Origin: a virus
Reading direction: 5' to 3' (one strand)
Virus record (IMG/VR): IMGVR_UViG_3300029492_000005
Location: 1-59,393 of that record
DNA: 59,393 bases
Shown: piece after piece, positions 35,001-43,987 of the stretch
Layout: each line of letters starts with the position of its first letter
How positions within the stretch are numbered: position 1 is the stretch's first letter
The notes under the pieces: generated by a model
Told to the model about the DNA's origin: nothing
The model's database searches: none
Seen by the model: only the letters and a program-made list of their open reading frames with translations
Position numbers and translations under genes: made by a program

Positions 35001-35749
35001 CCGTTGCAAGCGATTTGCTTGGCAGACTGAGCAAAGAATTGAAAAGCCAAGCTTCTTCCCTGCTGAATACCGCTGCTACCATTGGCAAAAATCTGGTGAG
35101 CGCACTGACTCAGAATTTCGGAAAGGTTTCCTCTGAAACTCAGACGATGCTTTCTGGTATTACGCAGGCTTTCGGAAACGTGAAGTCTCCTCTCGCAACG
35201 GCTGCTAAAGCAATCAGCGCTGCGCTGTCTGGCGGCTTGCTCAGTTCTTTCCCGACAATTTTCGCTGGGTTTGCCGGGCTGGTAAGCACCATCGGAACCG
35301 CAGTGGCGGGAATGCTTTCTGCTGTGGGCGCCGCCCTCAGCGCTACGGTTTTTGGCATTCCCGCTGGAATCGTAGCCCTTGCTGCTGCCGCCGCCCTTGG
35401 TGTTGCAATCGCTGGAATCGTATCAAAACTTGGTGGTAGCCATTCTACCAGTAGTTACAGCGATACATCTCAGTATGTTGGAAGCTCTAGCTACAATTCC
35501 TCGACATCCAGCTCTTCCTATAGTGGCACTTATTCTGCCGCAAGTGGAAACTCCGAAGAGATGAGAGATGCTGTGTACAACGGCTGCTACAATGCATTCC
35601 TCGACATCTGGCAGCGGTATGGAGAGGAAATCTCTGATGGAAGAGATGTAAGAGTGTACCTTGATAGCAAGCAGCTCACCGCTTCTGTTGAAAAGACCCA
35701 GAAAGAACGTGGCGTGTCTATTATGGGTACCGAAGTTTATTCCTATTAA
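32012..35749 (+). CDS. Tail tape measure protein
   Basis: ~1245 aa, helical N-terminus, Gly-rich TM-like central block, duplicated QWFVGVGEWWN[E/Q]KW. The start could be 32000 or 32012. Confidence 0.85.
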   Translation: MADVDITSLSVEISAESQGAELNINKLANAIANLRSKGNVSAVCDSLDKLAGSIAGLKSASKGIGSIFKNIEKMSNIDVSGIDFTGLSAKLESLKSELQPLQNLDASGLKAVGSAMNAIVKIPSINDKLDADTLNKFKTACDSISTSLTPLASQLDKVGNAFAKLPPQLSKVVTQANRVTAANEKQRKSYLSLSNQMNGFMRNMAKLVSLKAIAEYLGNAVAKFNDFYEATDLFHNAMGNLSGEADTLISKMQGLLGVDPTKAMTYMATIQSLGTSFGLASDKAYVLSKNLTQLAYDEGSYWNKDVAQTFTAMSSAISGEIEPIRRLGVDLSQARLQQELLALGFNKQVSSLSQADKAVLRYIAIMKQTANVQGNLAQTIQSPANQIKILKAQLDMLAKSVGSLLYPALKSILPPLIAAVQLIREFVEWVAKLMGVKVVFTDFTKSADSVGGIGDAMDNTTDSTKKAAKALKDYTMGFDELNIIDPTQGSSGFGSGASAGNILGDVDLSGYDMFKNYVGTSIDEMKQKIKSMLPLIATVATALAAWKLTNLITDIVDAISKINALKSIVLGLGVFTVGVVLEITGIKDAIENGVNGKNFAEIVLGALIGTTGAAILGKGIAQFIVTGFGSSAVGQAIKAAGGSTAGAIIGAAVGGIVTGIPMFVTGVYDAVKNGLNTLNGILIPLGSTMTGAGIGAIIGSLGGPIGTGIGALIGLIVGAMTDVGIAIYQNWDKITSQLDKVSAEFKQWFVGVGEWWNEKWENFKTNFQTAWESLPGFVQHPIQALDQASAGLKQWFVGVGEWWNQKWAGFKENWDKAWNSLVDTIKNLPAKFLDYGKNIVQGLIDGINKGIENAKKSVGGLAKAIIDKFTTDTEIHSPSALFERFGEFIDQGFANGITAALPYVEQAMTNLANVVQQKGNEMIDYGTTTATNFVNGFFNGLDSKWQELDSGLQSDFFGTAQTFIQAAQSGDWKTVGTTIAASIWGAMGDEQRKRVKSVASDLLGRLSKELKSQASSLLNTAATIGKNLVSALTQNFGKVSSETQTMLSGITQAFGNVKSPLATAAKAISAALSGGLLSSFPTIFAGFAGLVSTIGTAVAGMLSAVGAALSATVFGIPAGIVALAAAAALGVAIAGIVSKLGGSHSTSSYSDTSQYVGSSSYNSSTSSSSYSGTYSAASGNSEEMRDAVYNGCYNAFLDIWQRYGEEISDGRDVRVYLDSKQLTASVEKTQKERGVSIMGTEVYSY

Positions 35750-35755
35750 GAAAGG

Positions 35756-36142
35756 ATGGTTCAGATGGCCAATATTCCTGCCCTGGTTACGGTGAATGGC
35801 GTAGAGCTGCCGGAACCATCCTCTTATGAGGGAACGACTAGTACTATCGTAGACTCTGGCCGAAATGTTCAGGGAAAGGTTGTTGGTTCTGTCGTGCGGC
35901 ATGATGTGGCAAAGGTCTCCATGTCTTGGAACTACCTCACCGCACGGCAGTGGGCCGACATCTTGAGTCTTTTCACTACGAATTTTTACTGCACTGTTAA
36001 ATTCTATAACCAAGCCACAGCCGGTTATACTACCCGTCAGATGTACGTCTCCGACCGCACCGGCGGAATGTGGCGTAGAGGGCCGAAAACCGGTGGCGTG
36101 ATGGGATGGACAGGGTGCAAACTTTCTCTTGTGGAGGTATGA
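35756..36142 (+). CDS. Distal tail (Dit-like) small tail component
   Basis: 128 aa immediately after the tape measure. The start may be 35765. Confidence 0.45.
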   Translation: MVQMANIPALVTVNGVELPEPSSYEGTTSTIVDSGRNVQGKVVGSVVRHDVAKVSMSWNYLTARQWADILSLFTTNFYCTVKFYNQATAGYTTRQMYVSDRTGGMWRRGPKTGGVMGWTGCKLSLVEV

Positions 36143-36145
36143 TAC

Positions 36146-38761
36146 ATGGTTGAAGTCTCCGATAAGTGGAAAGAAAAATTTAACGAAACCCTTGTCCCGG
36201 AATCTTTTGTAGAGATTACCTGTGGAATTACTGAACCGGGTATCAACAAAAAGGCTACCATCGTCACGTCATTGGCAGCCCCGTTCTCCACCTTTCACAG
36301 TATTGCGCTTTCCAATAACGCTTCCATTTCGAGGTATTCCACAGGAGAGCTTAATCTCACTGTTCTTGACGGAAGTTGCGCCATTGTTCCTTCTTCCCCT
36401 CCGTATGGAACTACTGGTTTTTTGAGCGCCAAGATTTTTGACGATTCAAACCATCCTGTTATCCGGCTTGAGCTTCCGAGTGAGAGCAAGTCCTCGATTC
36501 CCGGAGTTTCAATTTGCTGGTCTACGGTATTTGAAGAATACGCTACAGATTTTTCGGTCAGCGCATATCTTGGGACTAACAGGTTAAAAACTGTGACCGT
36601 AAACGGAAACAAATCCGTCCGTTCTGATGTTGATGTAGAGCTTTCCGGGTTTGATGCCGTAGAGATTGAGGTGCTGAAGTGGTGTCTCCCTAACCGCCGA
36701 GTAAGGGTCGAACAAGTGAAAATCGGCAGGTATCTGGTGTTTGACAAGACCAAAATTTTGTCTTACATCCATTCTTCTGCAAGAGACCCTATCTCCGGGC
36801 AGCTTTCTCAGGAGTCGATTTCCTTTAGTTTGGATAACAGCGACCGCACATGGGACTCCGTAAACCCTCAAGGGATTTACAAGTACATCTATGAGCGCCA
36901 GCCTGTCACTGTTCGTTATGGAATGGATGTTGACGGGAAGACCGAATGGGTGAGCGGAGGAATGTTCTTCTTGTCAGAGTGGAGCGTCCCCGCCAACAGC
37001 ATTGAGGCGTCCTTTCAGGCGCGAGACGCTTTCCTGTATCTATCCAGCACGAAGTACACCGGAAGAAAATACGGTACACTTTACCAGATGTGCTACGATG
37101 CGTTAGAACAGCTTGAGGCAGACGGAATCACAGCAGAAATCTCTGATGAACTGAAAGACTACTCTACGGACATCACGAGCGATGGGTCTACTTATCACAA
37201 CTCCGATATTTTGCAGCTTGCCGCCAATGCGGCCGGAATGGCTCTGTACCAGACTCGTGACGGCGTAATAAAGATTAACCGTGTGTACGGTTCTGTCGCC
37301 TCTGACTCGGTATTGGATATTCCGGTGCTGAACAATTATTCTTGGCCGGAAATCACCTTTGCTCAAAATATGCTTAACGTGGTGACCACCGTAGGTGGCG
37401 CTACCTACGCTTATCCCGAAAGCCCTTCGGGCAAGGGCGTGAGCCAGACTCTGAGCAATGTTATGCTCACAAAGGACATTCTTGCAAAATCCAGAAATGC
37501 CCTTACGGAGTCTTATGGAGTCCTTTCTAATCGTCGCAAAGCTTCTCTTACTTATCGAGCAAGCCCTATCGTTGACGCTCTTGATATGGTAAAGATTCAC
37601 CATCAGTTCAATTACGATGCTGTTTTGCTTGTGACCAATGCAAAATACACCTTCAATGGGTGCTTCAAAGGTACTGTAGAGGGGTACATGATGGCGGACG
37701 CTCAGGCTTTGTCTCTTGACCATGTCAGCGAACAACTTGACTGGGGTGATTCCGTTGTTCTTTCCGCTACCTTGTCCCCTGCTACCATTGATTCTCCCAA
37801 AATCAACTGGGCAGCTTCTCCCGAAGGAATTGTTTCCCTTCACGTTCTGACAAACGCAGAGGGAAAATCCACTTGTCAAGTCAAGTGGAATTCTCCGGGT
37901 AAGGCTGTTGTCACTGCCTTTGTGGGCAACGTCTCCGCGAAATGTTCTTTCATTACAACATCGTACAACCTGTTTGATGTTGCAGAGGGCGACACTGTTC
38001 TTATGGACGAGGGCGGCAACGTGGCTGAGTTCATCGTTGCGAAGCACGACTATGAGAGCGAGCTGAACGGAGTTGGACGAACTCTTCTGGTTCGAAAGCA
38101 TTACGCGGCTATCATGGCTTGGGATTCCACATGGTCTACTTATGCCAGCAGCGACGTGAGCAGTTGGCTTAACGGCGACTACTTCAATTCGTTCAGTTAT
38201 GCTCAAAAGCAAGCTATCAACAAGACAGCCATCTACTACACCCCGGGCTTCTCCGATTCTTACTGTAACTCTGGCAGCAGCAGGGTATCCACGATGGCCG
38301 AAAGCGTTTTCCTTCTTTCCAGCCATGAGTTTGGATACGACACGGAAGGTTCTGATGCCCCGAATTGGACGACTAGCAGCCCGAGCTATAAGCACAACGA
38401 GGGGACTCCCCTGCAAAATGCATCTGAAATCCTGAAGACAATGCTTGCATCCGATATAGAGGGTTCTGAGAGAGGGCGTTCCATTTGGACAAGAACTCCT
38501 TATCTGTACTCGCTTCAGATGCTCTATGATATTGCTGGCACAAGCTCAAGCGCCAACAAGTACTGGCGACCTCTGCTGGTCAGCAAACTTGTAAACGCAT
38601 ACGTCGCGTATGATTCTACGTTACAAGTGAATGGCAACGCAGAGACGATTTCTTATGCTACGAATGACGAGGGTCCTCGTAAATATGACAATGTCGTTCA
38701 CCCCGCATTTACCGTTCCAAAGTCTCTTTCCATTGACGCTAAAGGCAAACTGATTTTTTAA
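36146..38761 (+). CDS. Tail tip/tail-associated protein with Ig-like (BIG2-type) domain
   Basis: 871 aa. The segment VVLSATLSPATIDSPKINWAASPEGIVSL...GKAVVTAFVGNVSAKCSF looks Ig-like. The C-terminal FLLSSHEFGY...SIWTRTPY resembles a recurrent receptor-binding-type domain. Confidence 0.55.
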   Translation: MVEVSDKWKEKFNETLVPESFVEITCGITEPGINKKATIVTSLAAPFSTFHSIALSNNASISRYSTGELNLTVLDGSCAIVPSSPPYGTTGFLSAKIFDDSNHPVIRLELPSESKSSIPGVSICWSTVFEEYATDFSVSAYLGTNRLKTVTVNGNKSVRSDVDVELSGFDAVEIEVLKWCLPNRRVRVEQVKIGRYLVFDKTKILSYIHSSARDPISGQLSQESISFSLDNSDRTWDSVNPQGIYKYIYERQPVTVRYGMDVDGKTEWVSGGMFFLSEWSVPANSIEASFQARDAFLYLSSTKYTGRKYGTLYQMCYDALEQLEADGITAEISDELKDYSTDITSDGSTYHNSDILQLAANAAGMALYQTRDGVIKINRVYGSVASDSVLDIPVLNNYSWPEITFAQNMLNVVTTVGGATYAYPESPSGKGVSQTLSNVMLTKDILAKSRNALTESYGVLSNRRKASLTYRASPIVDALDMVKIHHQFNYDAVLLVTNAKYTFNGCFKGTVEGYMMADAQALSLDHVSEQLDWGDSVVLSATLSPATIDSPKINWAASPEGIVSLHVLTNAEGKSTCQVKWNSPGKAVVTAFVGNVSAKCSFITTSYNLFDVAEGDTVLMDEGGNVAEFIVAKHDYESELNGVGRTLLVRKHYAAIMAWDSTWSTYASSDVSSWLNGDYFNSFSYAQKQAINKTAIYYTPGFSDSYCNSGSSRVSTMAESVFLLSSHEFGYDTEGSDAPNWTTSSPSYKHNEGTPLQNASEILKTMLASDIEGSERGRSIWTRTPYLYSLQMLYDIAGTSSSANKYWRPLLVSKLVNAYVAYDSTLQVNGNAETISYATNDEGPRKYDNVVHPAFTVPKSLSIDAKGKLIF

Positions 38762-38772
38762 GAGGTGATTGT

Positions 38773-39684
38773 ATGGCAAAGTGGATTACAGACCGAACGC
38801 AGGCAGATGTAGACCGGGTCAAAGAGCTAACAGCCAAAGCCAGAACCGGCACATGGACAACGGCTGAACAGCAGGAGTGGGCCTCCGGTATGAAAGGAGC
38901 GCTCAGTTACACTGACTATGCACGAATCGAACAGGGCATGAAAGAGCTTGCTGACATTGTCGGAGTGAAACTTCCTATCGACCCGATTTTGGTCGTGACG
39001 GCGCTTAATACTTCCGGCGACATCCCTGCGTGGGACACTTATCCCGCCAAGTCCGAGTTCTTCATGCCGCTGACTGCTAAGAAAGCGGGCCTGCCGCTCC
39101 GCTCGCTGGGATTCCGCGTCAAGGGTTATATGCCGGGCAAAATGCGCACCGTCCTGCGCAAGTACGGCACCGAGACCGCCCTAGTAGACAAGTCCATCGA
39201 CCTTGTCAAAGGCTATAATGATGTAGTGCTGGACATGGGAAACATCGTGCTGGAAAAGGGCGTCGAATATCAGCTCTATTTCGCCGCCGCCAACAACTTC
39301 TATCCGCCCTCTGTCGAGCCATCTTGGGTCGTAGCAAACGACTACATCGACATTGCACATGGCAGCGCCTACTATGGCGATGACGCCAAAATGATTTTTT
39401 CTGGAACAATTACTTTCACCGGAACATCTACCCCCGAATGGGGTCCGAACAGCTATCTTACCACAAAGGACGCCAATCGTTGGATAGCTAGCGTGAAAGC
39501 CATCCGTTCAAAATGCAGCGGAACAAGCTCTACTCCGGATGTGCCGAAATCTCTTTCTATGAAATTTGGTGTGATAAATCAGGTCGAAAAGATACTTTCT
39601 GACATCGAAAGTATAGCCAAAGATTACACGCTTTACTGCTCCGAGCCAATTTGTGGAGGTGAACCATACTATGCAGTTTATTGA
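38773..39684 (+). CDS. Tail fibre-associated hypothetical protein
   Basis: 303 aa; N-terminal WITDRTQADVDRVKELTAKA... is common in Firmicute phage tail modules. Confidence 0.4.
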   Translation: MAKWITDRTQADVDRVKELTAKARTGTWTTAEQQEWASGMKGALSYTDYARIEQGMKELADIVGVKLPIDPILVVTALNTSGDIPAWDTYPAKSEFFMPLTAKKAGLPLRSLGFRVKGYMPGKMRTVLRKYGTETALVDKSIDLVKGYNDVVLDMGNIVLEKGVEYQLYFAAANNFYPPSVEPSWVVANDYIDIAHGSAYYGDDAKMIFSGTITFTGTSTPEWGPNSYLTTKDANRWIASVKAIRSKCSGTSSTPDVPKSLSMKFGVINQVEKILSDIESIAKDYTLYCSEPICGGEPYYAVY

Positions 39685-40336
39685 CCGAAAAGCAAAATAC
39701 CCGGGCCGTTGGACTATGAAAAAGTCGGACGGTTCTTCGGAAATTATTACGTTGATTCGGAACGATGAGCCCATTGTGGAAGGCACCCCCATGAACGCCA
39801 ACACACTGAACACTCTTTCGGATGTTGCTGGCGCAGATGTGGCCAGAGCCGCCGCAGAACGAAGTGCCGCTTTGGCTTCTTCTTCGGAAAAGAACGCAAA
39901 AGCCAGCGAGGCTGCGGCCGGAAAAAGCGCATCTGCTGCATCTTCCAGCGCAAGCTCTGCATCGAACGATGCAAAGGCAGCAGGTGCGAGCGCAAGCAAG
40001 GCTTTGGCTAGCGAAAAAGCGGCTTCGTCCAGCGAAAAGGTTGCAAAAGCCAGCGAGGAAGCAGCGGAAAGAGTTCTGGCCTCCATTCCCGATGAATATA
40101 CGGAAATGCAGACAAAGCTCCAGGATTCCTTCGTGGTTATCCGTTCCCTACAATTTGAGCTGGATGCCCTGCGTAAGCAGCATGAAGCGGATACGTTTTT
40201 ACTGTCGGCGCTGGTCAACAGCTGCCTGAAGGAACGCACCGTGAGCCTGAGCACCGAAAGTGGGGTCGTCCTGACCACGGAATCGGGGGCGGCGCTTGAG
40301 TGCGTAGCTTTGGTATCTGGTTGTGCCAGCGCATGA
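39671..40336 (+). CDS. Tail fibre protein (Ala/Ser-rich repeat stalk)
   Basis: SD ggaggtgaaccatactATG; A/S-rich ASEKAASSSEKVAKASEEAA repeats. Confidence 0.45.
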   Translation: MQFIDRKAKYPGRWTMKKSDGSSEIITLIRNDEPIVEGTPMNANTLNTLSDVAGADVARAAAERSAALASSSEKNAKASEAAAGKSASAASSSASSASNDAKAAGASASKALASEKAASSSEKVAKASEEAAERVLASIPDEYTEMQTKLQDSFVVIRSLQFELDALRKQHEADTFLLSALVNSCLKERTVSLSTESGVVLTTESGAALECVALVSGCASA

Positions 40337-40364
40337 CCTGTAATAAAAGAAAGGAAGCGAACCT

Positions 40365-41228
40365 ATGGCAAAAATCACGGAACTGCCGAGCCTTTCGGCA
40401 AAAAATGTGAACCCGGCCAGCAATCTCCTCCCTGTGGTGGCAGGAAACCAGACAGACCGGGCGACTCTGAACGACCTGCTAGAGGGCTACTTTAATCGAG
40501 GGGCTCTGACGAGCGGAAGCGCCGCAGCGCTAAAAAACTGCCTTCCCCGGTTCAAATACCTCGGCACCAGCGTCACGAGCGAGCAGTGGGCCGCTATTCA
40601 AAATGGCACCTTCGATGGGCTGTTTCTTGGCGACTACTGGACTATCAACGGCGTAGACTACATCATCGCAGCCTTTGACTACTGGTATAATACTGGCGAT
40701 ACGGCTTGCACCAAGCACCATGTCGTAGTCATCCCCCGTGCCAATCTGTACAACTACAAGTTCAACTCCAGCAACACGACCAAGGGCGGCTACGTTGGCT
40801 CTGGCCTGTACAAGAACGGCCTGACGCAGGCAAAGCAGATGGTCGCTGCTGCATTTGGCTCCGCTCACATCCTGAGCCACCGTGAACATCTGGTGAATGC
40901 CGTCACAAACGGTAAGCCCACTGGCTCCGATTGGTGCGACAGTACCGTTGACCTGATGAACGAGAACATGGTTTATGGTGGGCGGCAATTCTCGCCCATG
41001 CCGGACGGCACTGACCCGTGGAACACCTGCCGTAACTACACCATCGACAAATCGCAGCTGCCTTTGTTCCACCTTGCCCCGTGGCTGATCTGTAACAGGA
41101 ACCGGTATTGGCTGCGAGACGTCGTCTCGGCGGCCGGTTTCGCGAATTCCGGCATCGGCGGCGGTGCGAGCTGCGACGTTGCCGACGTCGTCGGTGGCGT
41201 TCGTCCCGTCGTCGGGCTGATCGGCTGA
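40365..41228 (+). CDS. Tail fibre / receptor-binding candidate
   Basis: 287 aa; MAKITELPSLSAKNVNPASNLLPVVAGNQT is typical of fibre N-termini. Confidence 0.4.
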   Translation: MAKITELPSLSAKNVNPASNLLPVVAGNQTDRATLNDLLEGYFNRGALTSGSAAALKNCLPRFKYLGTSVTSEQWAAIQNGTFDGLFLGDYWTINGVDYIIAAFDYWYNTGDTACTKHHVVVIPRANLYNYKFNSSNTTKGGYVGSGLYKNGLTQAKQMVAAAFGSAHILSHREHLVNAVTNGKPTGSDWCDSTVDLMNENMVYGGRQFSPMPDGTDPWNTCRNYTIDKSQLPLFHLAPWLICNRNRYWLRDVVSAAGFANSGIGGGASCDVADVVGGVRPVVGLIG

Positions 41229-41283
41229 TCGAACATCCTGCGGGCCTGTACCGCAGGATTGAGAGAAAGGAGTCTTTATAGTC

Positions 41284-41652
41284 ATGAAAACTTATACAGT
41301 CACCCTCGCAAGTGGGAAATTGATTGAGGGCTTGACCCTGAACCCCGGAGCCAACACGTTCCACAGTGCAACCGAGATTACCACAGAAATGTTTAATGGC
41401 AAGCTGTCGGAAGTCCATATCACCGCCAGCGATGGCGACATGAGCCAGTGCGCCTACCCTGATACCCTGCACAATGCAGAGCTTGTGCAAATCATGCAGC
41501 CCGCTGACACCCCGGACGGAACGTGGCAGTTTATCTTGCGGGAGATTCCAGAGGATGAATCCGCTAAAGCAAAAGCGGAAAAACGGCTCACCTCTCTTGA
41601 AGCTGCAAACGACGACCTCGTGCTCATGATGGCCGATTTGATTGGAGGTTAA
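41284..41652 (+). CDS. Hypothetical protein
   Basis: 122-aa ORF with SD (gaaaggagtctttatagtcATG). Confidence 0.45.
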   Translation: MKTYTVTLASGKLIEGLTLNPGANTFHSATEITTEMFNGKLSEVHITASDGDMSQCAYPDTLHNAELVQIMQPADTPDGTWQFILREIPEDESAKAKAEKRLTSLEAANDDLVLMMADLIGG

Positions 41653-41656
41653 AATT

Positions 41657-41809
41657 ATGAAGACGCTGAACAACCTGAAACTCCGCATCATGGTGCGGGC
41701 GTTCCGTATCCGGCTGAACAACGGCGAAACCTTTGAGGACATCGCGGCAGATTACCCCGCCTTGACCGCTGACGACCTGAAAGCAATCGAAGAAGCCCTT
41801 GGGCAGTAA
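41657..41809 (+). CDS. XkdX-like small protein (50 aa)
   Basis: Not in the track. SD ggaggttaaaattATG. Lies between the fibre and lysis genes. Confidence 0.35.
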   Translation: MKTLNNLKLRIMVRAFRIRLNNGETFEDIAADYPALTADDLKAIEEALGQ

Positions 41810-41811
41810 GG

Positions 41812-42621
41812 ATGCGTGGAATGAAAACACTTTTTGATTTTATCTCCAAGCTTCTGGCAGCCCTCTCCCACGCTGCCGGAGACAAGGCAGAGGAGCCGGA
41901 CGCCTCCGCTCTTGAAAAAGTGTCCACAGTGGACACTGTGGCCGGCTGGGAGGGCGCACCACCCTACCGCTACATCGACGTGAGCCGGTATCAGGGCAAA
42001 ATCACCCTCGACGGCTGGCGCAAGGTCAAAGCGGCTGGCTACAAGGGCGTCATGCTCAAGACGGTATCCACCAACCGCAAGCTCTCCAAGCGGGCAGACG
42101 GCCTGTACATCGACCCGACCTTTGAGACCAACTACCGCAACGCCCGGGCTGCTGGGCTGGACGTGGGCGTCTACTACTACACCTACGCCACCAGCGAAGC
42201 GATGGCGGATGCAGAGCTGGCCCTTGTGCGGGAAGCGGTACGCGGCAAAGAGCTCACCATGCCCGTGTGCGTGGACGTGGAGGAAAGCAGGCTTAAAAAG
42301 CTCTCCACGCTTGACCTCACCAACGTGGTGGCGTATGCGCTGGAAAAGGTGGAAGCCATGGGCTTTTATGCCCAGCTGTACACCTACACCGGTTACAAGT
42401 ATGAGCTAGACATGGCTCGGCTGTCCTCTCGGTGGGACGTCTGGTTGGCCGACTACACCGGCAAACCGCCTGCTGTTACCTTTAGGTACAACTCCCACCA
42501 GCACACCAGCAAAGGCAGCGTGCCTGGCATCTCCGGCGACGTAGACCTCAACGTCACCACCATCAACTACCCCAAAATCATCCGTAAGAAGGGCCTGACC
42601 CGTCTCCGGGAGGGTGCATGA
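41812..42621 (+). CDS. Endolysin, GH25 muramidase
   Basis: YRYIDVSRYQGKI...GYKGVMLK...DPTFETNYRNARAAGLDVGVYYYTYA...ADYTG are typical GH25 motifs. Has a hydrophobic N-terminal extension. Confidence 0.8.
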   Translation: MRGMKTLFDFISKLLAALSHAAGDKAEEPDASALEKVSTVDTVAGWEGAPPYRYIDVSRYQGKITLDGWRKVKAAGYKGVMLKTVSTNRKLSKRADGLYIDPTFETNYRNARAAGLDVGVYYYTYATSEAMADAELALVREAVRGKELTMPVCVDVEESRLKKLSTLDLTNVVAYALEKVEAMGFYAQLYTYTGYKYELDMARLSSRWDVWLADYTGKPPAVTFRYNSHQHTSKGSVPGISGDVDLNVTTINYPKIIRKKGLTRLREGA

Positions 42622-43010
42622 CCAAAAAAGAAGCTTTGCTGTGGGTGCTTGGCATCCTTGGCAGCCTGTGTGCTGCGGCCATCACCATTGACAAGGTGCT
42701 GGAAATCATCCACAAGTACATCAAAAAGGCTCAGGAGCCGGACAACGTGCAGAACAAGCGGCTGGATGAGATGGACAAGCGCATCGGCACCTTAGAGCAG
42801 GGCCAGCTCCAGCACACACAAGCCCTTGCCCGTGACCTGCGCCGCTTTGAAGAAATCGACGAGGTGAGCCGTCTGACCCTCGACGGGGTGCGCAATCTGC
42901 TGGACGCCCAACTCTCCGGCAACAACCGCGAGGGAATGCAGAAGAGCCGCACCGACATCGACAACTATCTGTTAAAAGGAGTGACCAATCATGGTAGCAC
43001 TGGCAACTAA
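42618..43010 (+). CDS. N-terminally anchored coiled-coil membrane protein (lysis accessory candidate)
   Basis: TM LLWVLGILGSLCAAAITI followed by a coiled coil. Lies between the endolysin and the holin. Confidence 0.4.
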   Translation: MTKKEALLWVLGILGSLCAAAITIDKVLEIIHKYIKKAQEPDNVQNKRLDEMDKRIGTLEQGQLQHTQALARDLRRFEEIDEVSRLTLDGVRNLLDAQLSGNNREGMQKSRTDIDNYLLKGVTNHGSTGN

Positions 43011-43332
43011 ACTTTTTGACCTTATCCCCGCCCCTGTGGCCCTCGTGCTCATGCTGGGAGGCTTTATCTTTTACGCCATCGGCTGCGTCCGGCTGGGCTA
43101 TGGCGCCGCCGTGAAGCCTCTGGTGCTTGACCTCATCGAGCGGGCAGAGCAGGAGATCCAGGGTACCAAGCGGGGCGCAGAGCGCAAGGCGTGGGTCGTC
43201 AAGATGCTTCGCGCCGCCCTGAGTACCAGCAAATACGGCAGGCTCATCAGCTGGGCAATCACCGACGAGACCATCGGCACCGTTATTCAGTTTTTCTTTG
43301 ACCGCGCCCGGGCGGCGCTGGAAAAGCAGTAA
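42991..43332 (+). CDS. Holin (LL-H-like)
   Basis: N-terminal TM PAPVALVLMLGGFIFYAIG and GTKRGAERKAWVVKML, resembling LL-H-family holins. Confidence 0.5.
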   Translation: MVALATKLFDLIPAPVALVLMLGGFIFYAIGCVRLGYGAAVKPLVLDLIERAEQEIQGTKRGAERKAWVVKMLRAALSTSKYGRLISWAITDETIGTVIQFFFDRARAALEKQ

Positions 43333-43342
43333 GGAGATTATT

Positions 43343-43582
43343 ATGGCAAGCACTACATACCACCATCTCGGTGACGTCACCGAGATGTACGCCGCACAAG
43401 AGCAATTTCGGCACGTCACGAAAATGGTCTGCGCACGTCTTCGTGGCCTCACGAAAACATACCATTTTGCCGTGCTTGGCAATATGGTACGTAACGCCGG
43501 ACAGCTGCCGCAGCCTTTTTGGCTCGGTGCTGCCTGTGGCGGCGGCTCGCGTAGTGCTGCCCGCTGCGCTGCAAGGACTTGA
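43343..43582 (+). CDS. ORF with strong SD; possibly the N-terminal part of the downstream regulator in another frame
   Basis: taaggagattattATG. The peptide is shaped by DNA repeats (HLGDVTEM / HVTKM). It ends in a frame different from 43371-43760. Confidence 0.3.
   Translation: MASTTYHHLGDVTEMYAAQEQFRHVTKMVCARLRGLTKTYHFAVLGNMVRNAGQLPQPFWLGAACGGGSRSAARCAART
43364..43387. repeat. Perfect 24-bp palindrome centred on TGACGTCA
   Basis: catctcggtgac|gtcaccgagatg. Related half-sites tcacgaaaa lie at about 43406 and 43449. Confidence 0.95.
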
Positions 43583-43760
43583 CCGACAGCAGATGACCGC
43601 CGCCATTAAAAACGCACCGCTTGGGAGGGTAGACCGTAAGATAGCCTTACTGCGGTACGTGGAGCGGCTCCCGCTGCCGGACATTGCAGCACAGACACAT
43701 TACAGCCGGACGGCGATAGGCTACCGACTGAAAAGCATTGAAAAAATGCTGAATATGTGA
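43371..43760 (+). CDS. Sigma-70 region-4-like HTH regulator (C-terminus secure, N-terminus/frame uncertain)
   Basis: The C-terminus RKIALLRYVERLPLPDIAAQTHYSRTAIGYRLKSIEKML matches the region-4/DUF1492-style HTH. Confidence 0.4.
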   Translation: MTSPRCTPHKSNFGTSRKWSAHVFVASRKHTILPCLAIWYVTPDSCRSLFGSVLPVAAARVVLPAALQGLDRQQMTAAIKNAPLGRVDRKIALLRYVERLPLPDIAAQTHYSRTAIGYRLKSIEKMLNM

Positions 43761-43827
43761 TATAATATTTTTACGATCTGAGTGTATGTAGGACGCATGT
43801 TTAAGGCTGATTCTACAAACGCAACAA

Positions 43828-43865
43828 AGCGGCAGGCTATTCTAGAGCTTGCCGCTTTTCTTTTT
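43828..43865 (+). terminator. Rho-independent terminator at the end of the late transcription unit
   Basis: agcggcagg...cttgccgct stem followed by tttcttttt. Confidence 0.7.
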
Positions 43866-43875
43866 GCACGGATTG

Positions 43876-43987
43876 TGGTATAATTATCTCAACAAATCCA
43901 CCCGGCCTCTCGAAGAAGCGCAACAGGGTGGATGCTGAACCCGTCAAGCCTCTCAACGATGCGTATCATGGCGGGTCTTTTTGTTTT
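43876..43987 (+). ncRNA. Candidate ~100-nt sRNA with its own extended -10 promoter and terminator
   Basis: TGgTATAAT at 43876-43884. Hairpin atccaccc/gggtggat (43896-43933). Terminal hairpin acccguc/ggcgggu (43939-43976) plus ctttttgtttt. Confidence 0.3.

Noticed and set aside
39822-40229. 135-aa plus-strand ORF in an alternative frame within the Ala/Ser-rich tail fibre gene (and the minus-strand ORF at 39508-40278)
   Set aside because: These open frames are artefacts of the GC-rich GCN/AGC repeat coding for the A/S stalk. They have no SD and no protein-like features.
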